A stretch of 64,000 nucleotides of DNA from an uncultured Blastocatellia bacterium (lineage in GTDB: Bacteria; Acidobacteriota; Blastocatellia; Chloracidobacteriales; Chloracidobacteriaceae), in contig CALGZC010000015.1 in assembly GCA_937934745.1 (NCBI GenBank), positions 61,062 through 125,061 on the forward strand, read 5' to 3'. Every line of letters starts with the position of its first letter. The first letter of the stretch is position 1. Below, one piece after another: positions 1-10,815 of this stretch. The notes under the pieces are model-generated. The model worked only from the letters and a program-made list of their open reading frames with translations. It was not told the origin of the DNA and did not search any database. A program made the position numbers and the translations under genes.

Positions 1-180
1 CGGATGAGATGCCACGGCTGGGCCAGGTTGCCGAGGGGCCCCTGCTGAGTTTGGCCTCGGCCGGCGTGGTTGGGCCTGACCGTCGTTAGGTTTGGCCTTG
101 CCCAGGGTAGCCGGCCCACCGGCGTGCGGTGGCAATGTTTGCTCGGTGACGCCGCCGATATCTGACGCGCGCCCCGCCCC

Positions 181-209
181 TTGACAGGTGGATCCGGTTG
201 TGTTATTAG
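181..209 (+). promoter_or_regulatory. sigma70-type promoter of groES-groEL
   Basis: TTGACA (181-186), 17-nt spacer, TATTAG (204-209) preceded by an extended -10 TG (201-202). Confidence 0.75.
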
Positions 210-232
210 CACTCACAGAGCGCAGGTGCTAA
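206..232 (+). promoter_or_regulatory. CIRCE element (HrcA operator)
   Basis: TTAGCACTC-N9-AGGTGCTAA versus consensus TTAGCACTC-N9-GAGTGCTAA; directly upstream of groES and overlapping the -10. Confidence 0.88.
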
Positions 233-283
233 TCCGCGTCGCTATCATACGTCGAATCAATATTTAGGCAAGGAGTGAAAAAT

Positions 284-607
284 ATGGCTACGACGATTCG
301 TCCGCTCTACGACCGCGTGATCGTCAAACGCGTCGCCGAAACGGAACAAGTGCGTGGGGGGATTATCATCCCTGACACGGCGAAGGAGAAACCGCAGGAA
401 GGTGAGGTGATTGCTGTCGGGAGCGGGAAACTGCGTGACGATGGCAGTCGTACACCGCTGGATGTGAAGGTCGGTGACCGTGTGTTGTTCGGAAAGTATT
501 CCGGTTCGGAAGTCAAGATTGATGGTGAAGAATTCCTTATCATGCGGGAGGACGAAATCCTGGGCATCATTGAAAGCACTGCACAGGGGAAAGCAGCTGC
601 CAAGTGA
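284..607 (+). CDS. groES: co-chaperonin GroES
   Basis: [12 protein letters not shown]...[18 protein letters not shown] motifs; ATG at 284 with AGGAG at 271-275 (ORF track starts at GTG 275). Confidence 0.97.
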   Translation: MATTIRPLYDRVIVKRVAETEQVRGGIIIPDTAKEKPQEGEVIAVGSGKLRDDGSRTPLDVKVGDRVLFGKYSGSEVKIDGEEFLIMREDEILGIIESTAQGKAAAK

Positions 608-620
608 ATTGGTTCGACGC

Positions 621-2361
<1,741 letters not shown>

Positions 2362-2390
2362 TCGAACCCCATCTCCTTCAGTTCTTCTTC

Positions 2391-2424
2391 GAGGCGACGC
2401 CGTCGGCGTCGCCTCATTTCGTTT
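2391..2424 (+). terminator. probable intrinsic terminator of groESL
   Basis: GAGGCGACGCC-GTC-GGCGTCGCCTC (11-bp stem) followed by ATTTCGTTT, 30 nt after the groEL stop. Confidence 0.7.
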
Positions 2425-2730
2425 CGGCGTGCCCCGTGCCTAAAAAGCAGCGGGAGCAGGTCTTGCGTTTGCACCGGCGCGCTGCGCAGGGAAAATCGAG
2501 TGTATGGGAAAAGCGGGTTTATGCTTGGTGCGCACTGCTTCCCACCACCCAGGCCATCCCTAGGAGCTTCCGCGTTCGGTCGGGAGGGGAGGAACACCAT
2601 CAGTGCCTACCGGCAGATTGGGACTCCGTTACCGATTGAGCTGTTGTGCCTCCCCGGCCGCACCTGTGTCGTGTCTATCCTGTGCTAAGACTGCGCACTT
2701 GGGCAGAGTTGTGGAAAGCGCATGCAAGAC

Positions 2731-2760
2731 AAAGCCCCAATGTACCAGAAGCATTGGGGC
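2731..2760 (-). terminator. intrinsic terminator of ssrA
   Basis: GCCCCAATG (2734-2742) / CATTGGGGC (2752-2760) stem followed by TTT on the minus strand, 10 nt past the tmRNA CCA end. Confidence 0.7.
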
Positions 2761-2770
2761 GCTGCGATTG

Positions 2771-3136
2771 TGGTGGAGATGGAGGGAGTCGAACCCTCGT
2801 CCGCGAACCTTCAGTGGTGGAGCCTACGTGCGTAGTCGCTTCCGTTTATCTCGTACCGGGCCGCCGGAACAGCGACCTGGAGCGGCACGGTACCAGCCCA
2901 AGCGACGTCTCGCGGTTGCCCCCTGGGCAGAGAGTCACCGCCAGCCTGTGTCAGTCACGCCCGCATCATTCGGCACAGGCAACCAAATGCGCGGACGGCT
3001 CAGCCGTGATTAAGCGGCGAGAGCGAGTTCCTGCGTTTCGGCAGGTGTTGTGTTCCACGCTTTTTGACGAGCGGCATGGTCGCCCGGCACGCCTCACACA
3101 CACCTCAACTGTCCACGTCGAAACCATAACATCCCC
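2771..3136 (-). ncRNA. ssrA: transfer-messenger RNA, tag peptide (A)AETQELALAA
   Basis: 5' GGGGATGTTATGGTTTCGAC; 3' T-arm GAGGGTTCGACTCCCTC plus CATCTCCACCA; tag ORF GCC GAA ACG CAG GAA CTC GCT CTC GCC GCT TAA at 3042-3010. Confidence 0.97.
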
Positions 3137-3166
3137 AGCGTTGTCAAAGGGCAAAGTAGTCAGCGA

Positions 3167-3175
3167 AGTATAGCA
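3167..3175 (-). promoter_or_regulatory. candidate extended -10 promoter of ssrA
   Basis: TGCTATACT (TGnTATAAT-like) on the minus strand about 30 nt upstream of the mature tmRNA 5' end. Confidence 0.5.
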
Positions 3176-3215
3176 TGGTTTGGGGATGGGGACTCACAAC
3201 CTACCGGACGACCAA

Positions 3216-4634
3216 TCACCGCACAGCAGCTGTCGTCCGGGCTGTGACGACTTCGTTTACCAGGGCATCCTCACATAACGACGGTGACATTTCTGACCCC
3301 AGTGCCAACGGCATCGCCCCACCGCTGTCAGACGCCACAATGGAGATGATTTCTTCCTGCAATGGACGCAGACTGTGGGGGGCGCCACGCTCTAGAATGG
3401 CAAACAACAGCAATCCTCGCTTTCGCGTGTACACCACACCGGCTAGGGCGCTGGTGGAGGACAGCGTGCCGGTTTTAGCGATGACTGCTCCGAGTAAATC
3501 GGGATTGGTGAAGCGCCGCTGCAACGTCCCGTTGTCGATCCCGGCAATTGGCAGTAACTCACCTAGCGAAATGTTTTGCTTGGCAAGCCAGTTGACGGCA
3601 TAGCGGATGAGCTTGACCGTCGCCCGTGGTGTAATGGCGTTGTGTCCAAGCCCGGAAGTTGTCTGTAAGAAGACCTCCTGCGGTTGAATGCCGACCTTTT
3701 CGATCAGGTATCGCCGAACACCTGCCACGCCACCTACCTGCGCGCCGACAACATGGGTCATCTCGTTGTGGCTGTAGGCGTTGATGCTTTTGAGAATCTT
3801 GAGCAACGGCGACGAGCGATACTCCAGCAGCGGATAGCGGGGCGTGGTGTGATCGTCAACGATGACATTGCCGGGCGTAATCGAGATCCCCTGATACACC
3901 GGCATCTGACTGAAGACTGTGACCGCGCGCACGGCGTTCCACACCGCTTCCGTCCGCGGTGTCCAGCGGCTTCGGTCAAGGGTCGTCAGGATTTCCTGAC
4001 CGACAACGGCCGGCTGCGACCGCATGTTGAGCATCACTCCCTGGCCCAGCCGAATGTTGCCCTGAACCGAGCGCAGACCGATGTGACGTAGTTTTTCACC
4101 GATGAGAAACAAGCTTTCGGTCGCAAACGACGGATCGTTTGACCCACTGATCACCAGGTCGCCCATCAGCGTGCCTGTTGTCCAGTCTATTGCTCCGGTA
4201 TAGCTAATCCGCGTCGGATAGCGGTAGTCAACGCCTAGCGCTTCCAGCGCGGCTATAGAAGTCATGATCTTGGTCACCGACGCAGGGTTATACAGCGTGT
4301 TTTCGTTCACACTGAGGATCGGCGTGCCGTCCAGGGCCTCGACGTAAATTCCGTGCGGATGTACCGAACGTGAAAAACTCAGCAACCGCGCCGTGACTAA
4401 CTCCGGCAAGCTCAGGGGCGCCGAAAGTGGGGAAACATCTTCGGCCGGCACCGCCGGGCCGCCGGGAGTCTGCCCGCTAGAATGCACCGCTTGGGCAGGG
4501 GAAGCCTGCCGTAAGACATTGCTGGTGATGACGCGCGGCCGTTGCTGCGCCCAGAGCGGGATGGTCAACAACCAGCAGACGCTCACAAGGGCCAGCGTCG
4601 TGCAGAACACGTCCTTCGTGACCGAATCCTTCAT
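3216..4634 (-). CDS. dacB: D-alanyl-D-alanine carboxypeptidase/endopeptidase (peptidase S13, PBP4-like)
   Basis: signal peptide; SxxK (PASVTK), SxN (YSHN) and KTG (AKTGT) motifs; ATG 4634 preferred to TTG 4640. Confidence 0.88.
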   Translation of the reverse strand: MKDSVTKDVFCTTLALVSVCWLLTIPLWAQQRPRVITSNVLRQASPAQAVHSSGQTPGGPAVPAEDVSPLSAPLSLPELVTARLLSFSRSVHPHGIYVEALDGTPILSVNENTLYNPASVTKIMTSIAALEALGVDYRYPTRISYTGAIDWTTGTLMGDLVISGSNDPSFATESLFLIGEKLRHIGLRSVQGNIRLGQGVMLNMRSQPAVVGQEILTTLDRSRWTPRTEAVWNAVRAVTVFSQMPVYQGISITPGNVIVDDHTTPRYPLLEYRSSPLLKILKSINAYSHNEMTHVVGAQVGGVAGVRRYLIEKVGIQPQEVFLQTTSGLGHNAITPRATVKLIRYAVNWLAKQNISLGELLPIAGIDNGTLQRRFTNPDLLGAVIAKTGTLSSTSALAGVVYTRKRGLLLFAILERGAPHSLRPLQEEIISIVASDSGGAMPLALGSEMSPSLCEDALVNEVVTARTTAAVR

Positions 4635-4709
4635 GGTCAAAGCCTTCTTTTTCGCGGGGTGTTGGTTGTTACCTGGCTACAGCCTGCCGTTGCCAAGAAA
4701 AACCTTATC

Positions 4710-6152
4710 TTAGCGCTGTGTGCCGCCGACTGTCATCTCTGAAATTTTGATGGTCGGCAGGCCGACGCCGACCGGAACGCTTTGTCCGTCCTTCCCACAT
4801 GTCCCAACGCCCAAATCGAGTGCCAGGTCACAGCCGACGGCGGTGACCTTCGTCAGGGCTTCCGGGCCGTGGCCGATGAGCGTGGCATCTTTGACCGGCG
4901 CCGTGATCTGGCCATCTTCAATGAGGTAGGCCTCACTGGCCGAAAACACAAACTTGCCGCTCGTGATATCCACTTGCCCTCCACCGAACTGGACGGCGTA
5001 GAGGCCTCGCTTCACGCTGCGAATGATGTCTTCGGGCGTTTCTGTTCCGGCCAACATGTACGTGTTCGTCATGCGCGGCATCGGTATGTGGCGGTAGCTT
5101 TCGCGGCGTCCATTACCGGTACGTGGCACACCCAGCAACTTGGCATTCAAGTAGTCGTTGATGTAACCGCGCAGGATGCCCTTCTCGATCAGGACGGTAC
5201 ACGAGGTCGGATGCCCCTCGTCATCCATGTTGAGTGACCCACGCCGGCCGGGCAGGGTACCGTCATCAACAATCGTGCAGGCTTCGTTTGCAACCCGTTG
5301 ACCGATGAGTTCAGAAAACGCGGAGGTTTTCTTACGGTTGAAATCGGCTTCTAGTCCGTGGCCGATGGCTTCATGCAGAAGGATGCCGGGCCAACCGGGA
5401 CCGAGGACAACTTCCATCGGTCCGGCCGGAGCTTCAACGGCGTCAAACTGCAACACGGCCAGACGGACGGCTTCGCGCGCGAGCGCCTCCGGCGCGAGAT
5501 CGCCTTCCGCAAACATGTCAAACCCACGCCGGCCACCACCGCCGGCACGTCCGGCACGCAGTTCACCGTCTTGATCGGCGATGCACATGACGGCAATCCG
5601 CGCCAGAGGTTGGATGTCGCCAGCCAGGACGCCATCACTTGTGGCGACCATGACGACTTTCCACTCATCAGCCAAACTGACCTGGACCTTCTGAATTCGG
5701 CGGTCGGCAGCATAGCACCGTTCATCAATGGCCCGCAGTAATCCGATTTTCTGCTCAATCGGCACCTCACCGACCGGCGTATCCGGCGGGTACAAATCGT
5801 GGACGTTGGCGCGCGTGGCAACGGCGACCGGCTCCACGGCGCGGTTGGTCGTCCGGGCGATACAGGCAGCGGTGCGTGCAGCCTGCCGAATGCTGTCCGG
5901 TGTCAGGTCGTCGGTGTAGGCGTAGCCCGTTTTGTCGCCGACGATGACGCGCACTCCAACGCCCTGGGCTACCGACCGATTGGCGGCTTTGATGAGACGC
6001 TCCTCCAGGTTCAGTGAGTTGGTGCGGCAGTACTCGAAATACAGGTCGGCATAATCGCCGCCGGCCGCCAACGCTTCGCCCAGCAGCGTATTCAGGTCCT
6101 GCATCGTCAACCCATAGCGGGTGAGAAAGAAGGCAATCGCATCGTGGCTCAT
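4710..6152 (-). CDS. tldD: metalloprotease TldD
   Basis: GWPGILLHEAIGHGLEADF (HExxGH), RMTNTY and GTCGKDGQSVPV motifs. Confidence 0.93.
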   Translation of the reverse strand: MSHDAIAFFLTRYGLTMQDLNTLLGEALAAGGDYADLYFEYCRTNSLNLEERLIKAANRSVAQGVGVRVIVGDKTGYAYTDDLTPDSIRQAARTAACIARTTNRAVEPVAVATRANVHDLYPPDTPVGEVPIEQKIGLLRAIDERCYAADRRIQKVQVSLADEWKVVMVATSDGVLAGDIQPLARIAVMCIADQDGELRAGRAGGGGRRGFDMFAEGDLAPEALAREAVRLAVLQFDAVEAPAGPMEVVLGPGWPGILLHEAIGHGLEADFNRKKTSAFSELIGQRVANEACTIVDDGTLPGRRGSLNMDDEGHPTSCTVLIEKGILRGYINDYLNAKLLGVPRTGNGRRESYRHIPMPRMTNTYMLAGTETPEDIIRSVKRGLYAVQFGGGQVDITSGKFVFSASEAYLIEDGQITAPVKDATLIGHGPEALTKVTAVGCDLALDLGVGTCGKDGQSVPVGVGLPTIKISEMTVGGTQR

Positions 6153-6183
6153 GCAGGGACACTCCGGTCACAAGAAATGACAC

Positions 6184-8814
6184 TTAGGCTAGAAGGCGTG
6201 CGACGATTTCCGGCGTGGCGGTCAAAGCTGCCGGCAACTTGGCCGGATCCTTTCCACCTGCCTCGGCAAAATCGGCGCGCCCGCCGCCGCCGCCGCCCAC
6301 CAGCGCCGCCAACTCGCGGACGAGCTGACCGGCCTTGAGGCGGTCGGTGAGGCTGTCAGCCACCCGTACAGCAAGGGATACCTTGCCGTCGCTCCGCAGT
6401 CCAAGGACAACCACCCCGCGTCCGAGCTTGCCCAGGAGATGTTCCGCCAACTGCCGCATACCCGTTTTGTCAAGGTCGGCCGTTTCAACCGCCAACACCG
6501 GAATATCCCCTACCGTCCGCGCCTGAGATAGGGCTGCCTCGGCGCGCTGCTGGGCGAGCTTGAGCTTGAGGCTTTCAATTTCGCGTTCCGCCTGCCGCAG
6601 TGTTGTCTGAAGCTTTGCTACCTGAACCGGTAGGTCGCCGACATCGCCCAGCCTGAACGCCGCAGCCAGATCGCCCAGAATACGCTCATCAGCCTGAAAC
6701 CGCTCAAATGCAGCGTCACCAGTGACGGCGACGATGCGCCGAATACCGGCGGCAATTGAGCCTTCACTGGTAATTTTGAACAACCCGATGTCGCCTGTTG
6801 CCGTCACGTGCGTACCGCCGCAGAGTTCGAGTGAAAAACCGGGCACTTCGACGACGCGCACCACATCCCCGTATTTTTCACCAAACAACGCGATAGCCCC
6901 AGCTGCTACGGCAGCCTCCAGCGGCATTTCCCGTTTGGTAAGGGCCGTGTTACGCCGAATTTGTGCGTTGACCAGGCGTTCGATTTCGGTAATTTCGTCG
7001 GCCGAAAGCGCCGCGTAGTGGGTAAAGTCAAAGCGCAGCTTGTCCGGTGCGACTTCGCTCCCGGCCTGTTTGACATGGGCACCCAGAACTTCCCGCAGCG
7101 CCGCATGCAGCAGGTGCGTCGCCGAATGGTTGAGCATAATTCGCCGTCGCCGGTCGGCATCAACCGTGGCCATGACGCGGTCGCCGGGCCGCACGGCTCC
7201 GCGCAGTACCTCGACGCGGTGCACCGTCAACCCGGCCACGGGTGCCACCGTATCCACCACACGGAGCGTGGCAGCTTCGTTCTCAAGCCGGCCTGTGTCG
7301 CCGACCTGCCCGCCCGACTCGGCATAAAACGGCGTCTCATCCAAAACGACTTCGCCGGCGTCGCCGGCATACAGGGTCTCGACCACAGCGCCGTGCCGGA
7401 TCAAGGTTCGGATGCGAACGTCAGGCAGGCTCAGATGGTCATAGCCGCGAAAAATCGTTGGACTACCGTCGAGTGCGGTTTGATAAGCCGGGGCGATGGC
7501 TTTGGTGGCAGCACCCTTCCAGCTTTCGCGCGCCCGGGCGCGTTCCTCTGCCAGCGCCGCCTCAAAACCCGCTTCATCCACGCGCAACCCGCGCTGTTCG
7601 GCAATATAAGCAATCAAATCCAGCGGCAGACCATAGGTTTGGTAGAGATCAAAGGCATCTGCACCGGACACCATACCCTGCACGGCGCGCTGGAAGGCTT
7701 CGTCGAGTCGCTTACGTCCGGCGGCGAGTGTGGACGAAAACAATTTTTCTTCAGTGGTGACAACACGGGCGATGACATCCGCCTGGGTTTCGAGTTCGGG
7801 AAAGGCCACCGCCATGTGTTTGACGACAAAGGCTGTAATATCGTGTAGGAAGGGGCCGTCAATGCCAAGCCGGCGACCGTGCCAGATGGCGCGGCGCATA
7901 ATCTTGCGCAGCACGTAGTTCCGCCCGGTGTTCCCTGGGTAAATACCGTCGGCGATGGCGAACGCCGTGGCCCGGGCATGGTCGGCCATGATCCGCATTG
8001 AAACGCCGTCGGTGCTGTCGTAGTGATAGGTTTTCCCGGCCTGCGCGGCGATGTGTTCGATGATGGGCAGGATGAGGTCGGTGTCGTAGTTGCTTTTTTT
8101 ACCTTGTAGCACAGAAGCCAGGCGCTCCAGCCCCGCACCGGTGTCCACAGAGGGCTTTGGCAGCGGCTTGAGCGTTCCGTCGGCGCTGCGCTCAAACTGC
8201 ATAAACACCAGGTTCCAGATTTCAATCGTGGTATCGCCATGGCCGTTGACGTGCTCCGGTCGGTTGTCGGCCGGATCGTCACCTAAGAAGTAGTGGATTT
8301 CCGAACAGGGGCCGCAGGGACCTGTGTCACCCATCTGCCAGAAGTTTTCCTTTTTGCCAAAGCGCAGAATGCGGTCGGCCGGCGCACCGATTTTCCGCCA
8401 CAAGGCAAAGGCTTCATCGTCGTCCTCATAGACGGTGAACCACAGCCGATTAAGCGGTAGTTCAAACTCGCGTAGGAGCAAATCCCAGGCAAAGGCGATG
8501 GCTTCTTCCTTGAAGTAATCGCCGAAGGAAAAATTGCCCAGCATCTCAAAAAATGTGTGGTGGCGGGCCGTTTTACCGACTTCATCGAGATCGTTGTGTT
8601 TGCCGCCAGCGCGAATGCATTTTTGAGACGACGCAGCACGTGTGTAGTCACGGGTTTCCAGTCCGGTAAACACGTCCTTGAACTGGTTCATGCCGGCATT
8701 CGCAAACAGCAGCGTGTCATCCGGGGGCAGGACCGGTGAACTCTTCACAATGCGATGTCCGTGCCGCGCAAAGTAGTCAAGAAACTGGTGGCGGATGGCA
8801 TGTCCGGTCAACAT
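6184..8814 (-). CDS. alaS: alanine--tRNA ligase
   Basis: LLFANAGMNQFK, RHHTFFEMLGNFSFGDYFK, editing HxxxH (NHSATH) and CGGTH, C-terminal GGGGG. Confidence 0.99.
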   Translation of the reverse strand: MLTGHAIRHQFLDYFARHGHRIVKSSPVLPPDDTLLFANAGMNQFKDVFTGLETRDYTRAASSQKCIRAGGKHNDLDEVGKTARHHTFFEMLGNFSFGDYFKEEAIAFAWDLLLREFELPLNRLWFTVYEDDDEAFALWRKIGAPADRILRFGKKENFWQMGDTGPCGPCSEIHYFLGDDPADNRPEHVNGHGDTTIEIWNLVFMQFERSADGTLKPLPKPSVDTGAGLERLASVLQGKKSNYDTDLILPIIEHIAAQAGKTYHYDSTDGVSMRIMADHARATAFAIADGIYPGNTGRNYVLRKIMRRAIWHGRRLGIDGPFLHDITAFVVKHMAVAFPELETQADVIARVVTTEEKLFSSTLAAGRKRLDEAFQRAVQGMVSGADAFDLYQTYGLPLDLIAYIAEQRGLRVDEAGFEAALAEERARARESWKGAATKAIAPAYQTALDGSPTIFRGYDHLSLPDVRIRTLIRHGAVVETLYAGDAGEVVLDETPFYAESGGQVGDTGRLENEAATLRVVDTVAPVAGLTVHRVEVLRGAVRPGDRVMATVDADRRRRIMLNHSATHLLHAALREVLGAHVKQAGSEVAPDKLRFDFTHYAALSADEITEIERLVNAQIRRNTALTKREMPLEAAVAAGAIALFGEKYGDVVRVVEVPGFSLELCGGTHVTATGDIGLFKITSEGSIAAGIRRIVAVTGDAAFERFQADERILGDLAAAFRLGDVGDLPVQVAKLQTTLRQAEREIESLKLKLAQQRAEAALSQARTVGDIPVLAVETADLDKTGMRQLAEHLLGKLGRGVVVLGLRSDGKVSLAVRVADSLTDRLKAGQLVRELAALVGGGGGGRADFAEAGGKDPAKLPAALTATPEIVARLLA

Positions 8815-8981
8815 AGGGGTAGCTGCACTGGGCGAGTGAAGACGAACAACGCCTGGATGGTGTTTTCAGAAGCGAGAACGTCGTCCGTCAGGGTTTTCAG
8901 GATCGTTCCGCTAGGGGCTGAAAACGTGCAGACGACGTTTCGCACAGAGACGGTGATCGAAATCCATGCCGGCTGGAAAAG

Positions 8982-9308
8982 TCACAGGTGCTCATCAATC
9001 ATTTGGGCAATCTTTTCCTTTGGATAGGCACCTGTCAGACGGCTTCGTTCCTGGCCGTTTTTGAAGAGGATCAGGGTTGGGATCCCACGGATACCGAAGC
9101 GGGCTGAGGTTTGGTTGTTTTCATCCACATTGAGCTTGCCGATGCGGACGCGTCCGGCGTAGTCCTTCGCCAGGGCCTCAATCGTTGGGGCCAGAATCCG
9201 GCATGGGGCACACCAAGCGGCCCAGAAGTCTACCAGCACCGGATGTTCGGACTGCAAAACTTCGCGTTCAAAGTTGCTGTCCGTGATTTCAATGACGTTG
9301 CCGCCCAT
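8982..9308 (-). CDS. trxA: thioredoxin
   Basis: DFWAAWCAPC active site and GIRGIPTL; ATG 9308 with GGAGGA RBS (ORF track over-extends to 9422). Confidence 0.95.
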   Translation of the reverse strand: MGGNVIEITDSNFEREVLQSEHPVLVDFWAAWCAPCRILAPTIEALAKDYAGRVRIGKLNVDENNQTSARFGIRGIPTLILFKNGQERSRLTGAYPKEKIAQMIDEHL

Positions 9309-9534
9309 GAGCGTTCCTCCACAATGAAACAAAATTAAGTTCGTGGCTATTGACGTCCGTGCGTACTCGCCGAGTAGCAACGGGTGCGTGATTACTACCA
9401 CACGCCTTTCGTGTTGCGCCAATCACGAACGCTTCTCCGACCGGGAAGGTAGCTGCTGTGCGCACCGAACCCGGTTCGTGGGGCGGGGCTGGGTATTGTT
9501 GTTCGTGCCCTGATGTGCCGTGTGGCACCGTGAG

Positions 9535-10488
9535 TCAGCGTCGAAGACAGCGGACGAGATGGTTTTGTGCGGCGTCGAGTGTTTTGAGCGGCACGTCCGC
9601 CTGCCGACAGTCCGGTGTGGCCTCCGGGCAGCGAGGCGCGAAGGCGCACCCCGGCGGGAGTTCCGTGAGCTTTGGGACGACGCCCTCAACGGTCGGCAAA
9701 CGGGCTACCCGCCGTCCGAGGCGTGGCACGCTGGCAAGTAAGCCCTGGGTGTAGGGATGCTGTGGACGCGCAAACAGCGTCGTTACGGGAGCGGCTTCGA
9801 CAATCCGCCCGGCATACATCACGGCTGCGCGGTCGGCGACCTGCGCGACCACACCAAGGTCGTGTGTAATGAGCAAGACCCCAAGGTTGCGTTCGCGCCG
9901 TTGGACGGCGATCAGTTCTAAGATTTGCGCCTGAATGGTGACATCCAGCGCCGTCGTCGGTTCATCGGCGATGAGCAGCTTCGGATGGCAACTCAACGCC
10001 ATGGCAATCATAACGCGCTGGCGCATACCGCCGGATAGCTCATGTGGATACTGCCGTGCGCGCCGTGCCGGGTCAGGAATGGCTACCGCCGCCAGCGCCT
10101 CCACTGCCGCACGCCAGGCCTGACGCGCTCCCAAGCGCTTGTGCCGGCGCAGGACTTCGGCAATCTGCTCGCCGACCGTGAAAACCGGGTTGAGCGAGGT
10201 CAGCGGGTCCTGAAAAATCATCGCCAGGTGCGCGCCACGCAGTGTCGTCCACGTCGCCGTCCGCAGGTGGTGGCCGTCGAACACCATCCGTCCGCCAACA
10301 ATGCGTCCTGGCGGCGACACTAACCCCATAATGGAGAGCGCAGTCACCGATTTACCGCAACCGGATTCCCCGACAAGGGCCAGGATCTCGCCGCGCTCAA
10401 TAGTGAATGATACGTCGTCCACGGCGCGCACCACGCCCGCACGGGTCGGGAAGTAGGTCCGCAACCCTTCAACCAGAAGCAAGGCCAT
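9535..10488 (-). CDS. oligopeptide/dipeptide ABC transporter ATP-binding protein (OppD/DppD-like)
   Basis: [26 protein letters not shown] and C-terminal GCAFAPRC. Confidence 0.92.
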   Translation of the reverse strand: MALLLVEGLRTYFPTRAGVVRAVDDVSFTIERGEILALVGESGCGKSVTALSIMGLVSPPGRIVGGRMVFDGHHLRTATWTTLRGAHLAMIFQDPLTSLNPVFTVGEQIAEVLRRHKRLGARQAWRAAVEALAAVAIPDPARRARQYPHELSGGMRQRVMIAMALSCHPKLLIADEPTTALDVTIQAQILELIAVQRRERNLGVLLITHDLGVVAQVADRAAVMYAGRIVEAAPVTTLFARPQHPYTQGLLASVPRLGRRVARLPTVEGVVPKLTELPPGCAFAPRCPEATPDCRQADVPLKTLDAAQNHLVRCLRR

Positions 10489-10527
10489 GAAAGGGGATCG
10501 GCAACCGAGGTGAAATGATCCTTGAGG

Positions 10528-10604
<77 letters not shown>

Positions 10605-10616
10605 CCGCAGTCTGTG

Positions 10617-10645
10617 ACTATACGCCGGAGGACGGGTTTCGCCAA
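10617..10645 (-). promoter_or_regulatory. sigma70-type promoter of tRNA-Glu
   Basis: TTGGCG (10645-10640), 17 nt, TATAGT (10622-10617). Confidence 0.6.
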
Positions 10646-10651
10646 GTCGGT

Positions 10652-10688
10652 TTTTGGGGACGGTTTTGGGGGACGTGTTTTGGGGACG
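10652..10688. repeat. three copies of TTTTGGGG(G)ACG
   Basis: copies at 10652-10662, 10664-10675 and 10678-10688. Confidence 0.75.
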
Positions 10689-10815
10689 CGCCAGCGGCAC
10701 GGGCAAGCCGGTCATTGACAGCCGGCCGGCGCAACTTTTAGTGTCTGCCGCAGCCTAAGGACGTACATCTTGCGTTTGACGGCCTTGAGGTCGCCGGTGT
10801 GCAGTGCTTCTTGCC

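Noticed and set aside
2603-3173. ORFs of 136, 175 and 62 aa across the tmRNA
   Set aside because: They are fully explained by the ssrA gene
8815-8981. T-box leader for alaS
   Set aside because: No GGTGGNACC T-box, specifier loop or terminator; only the alternative stems are reported
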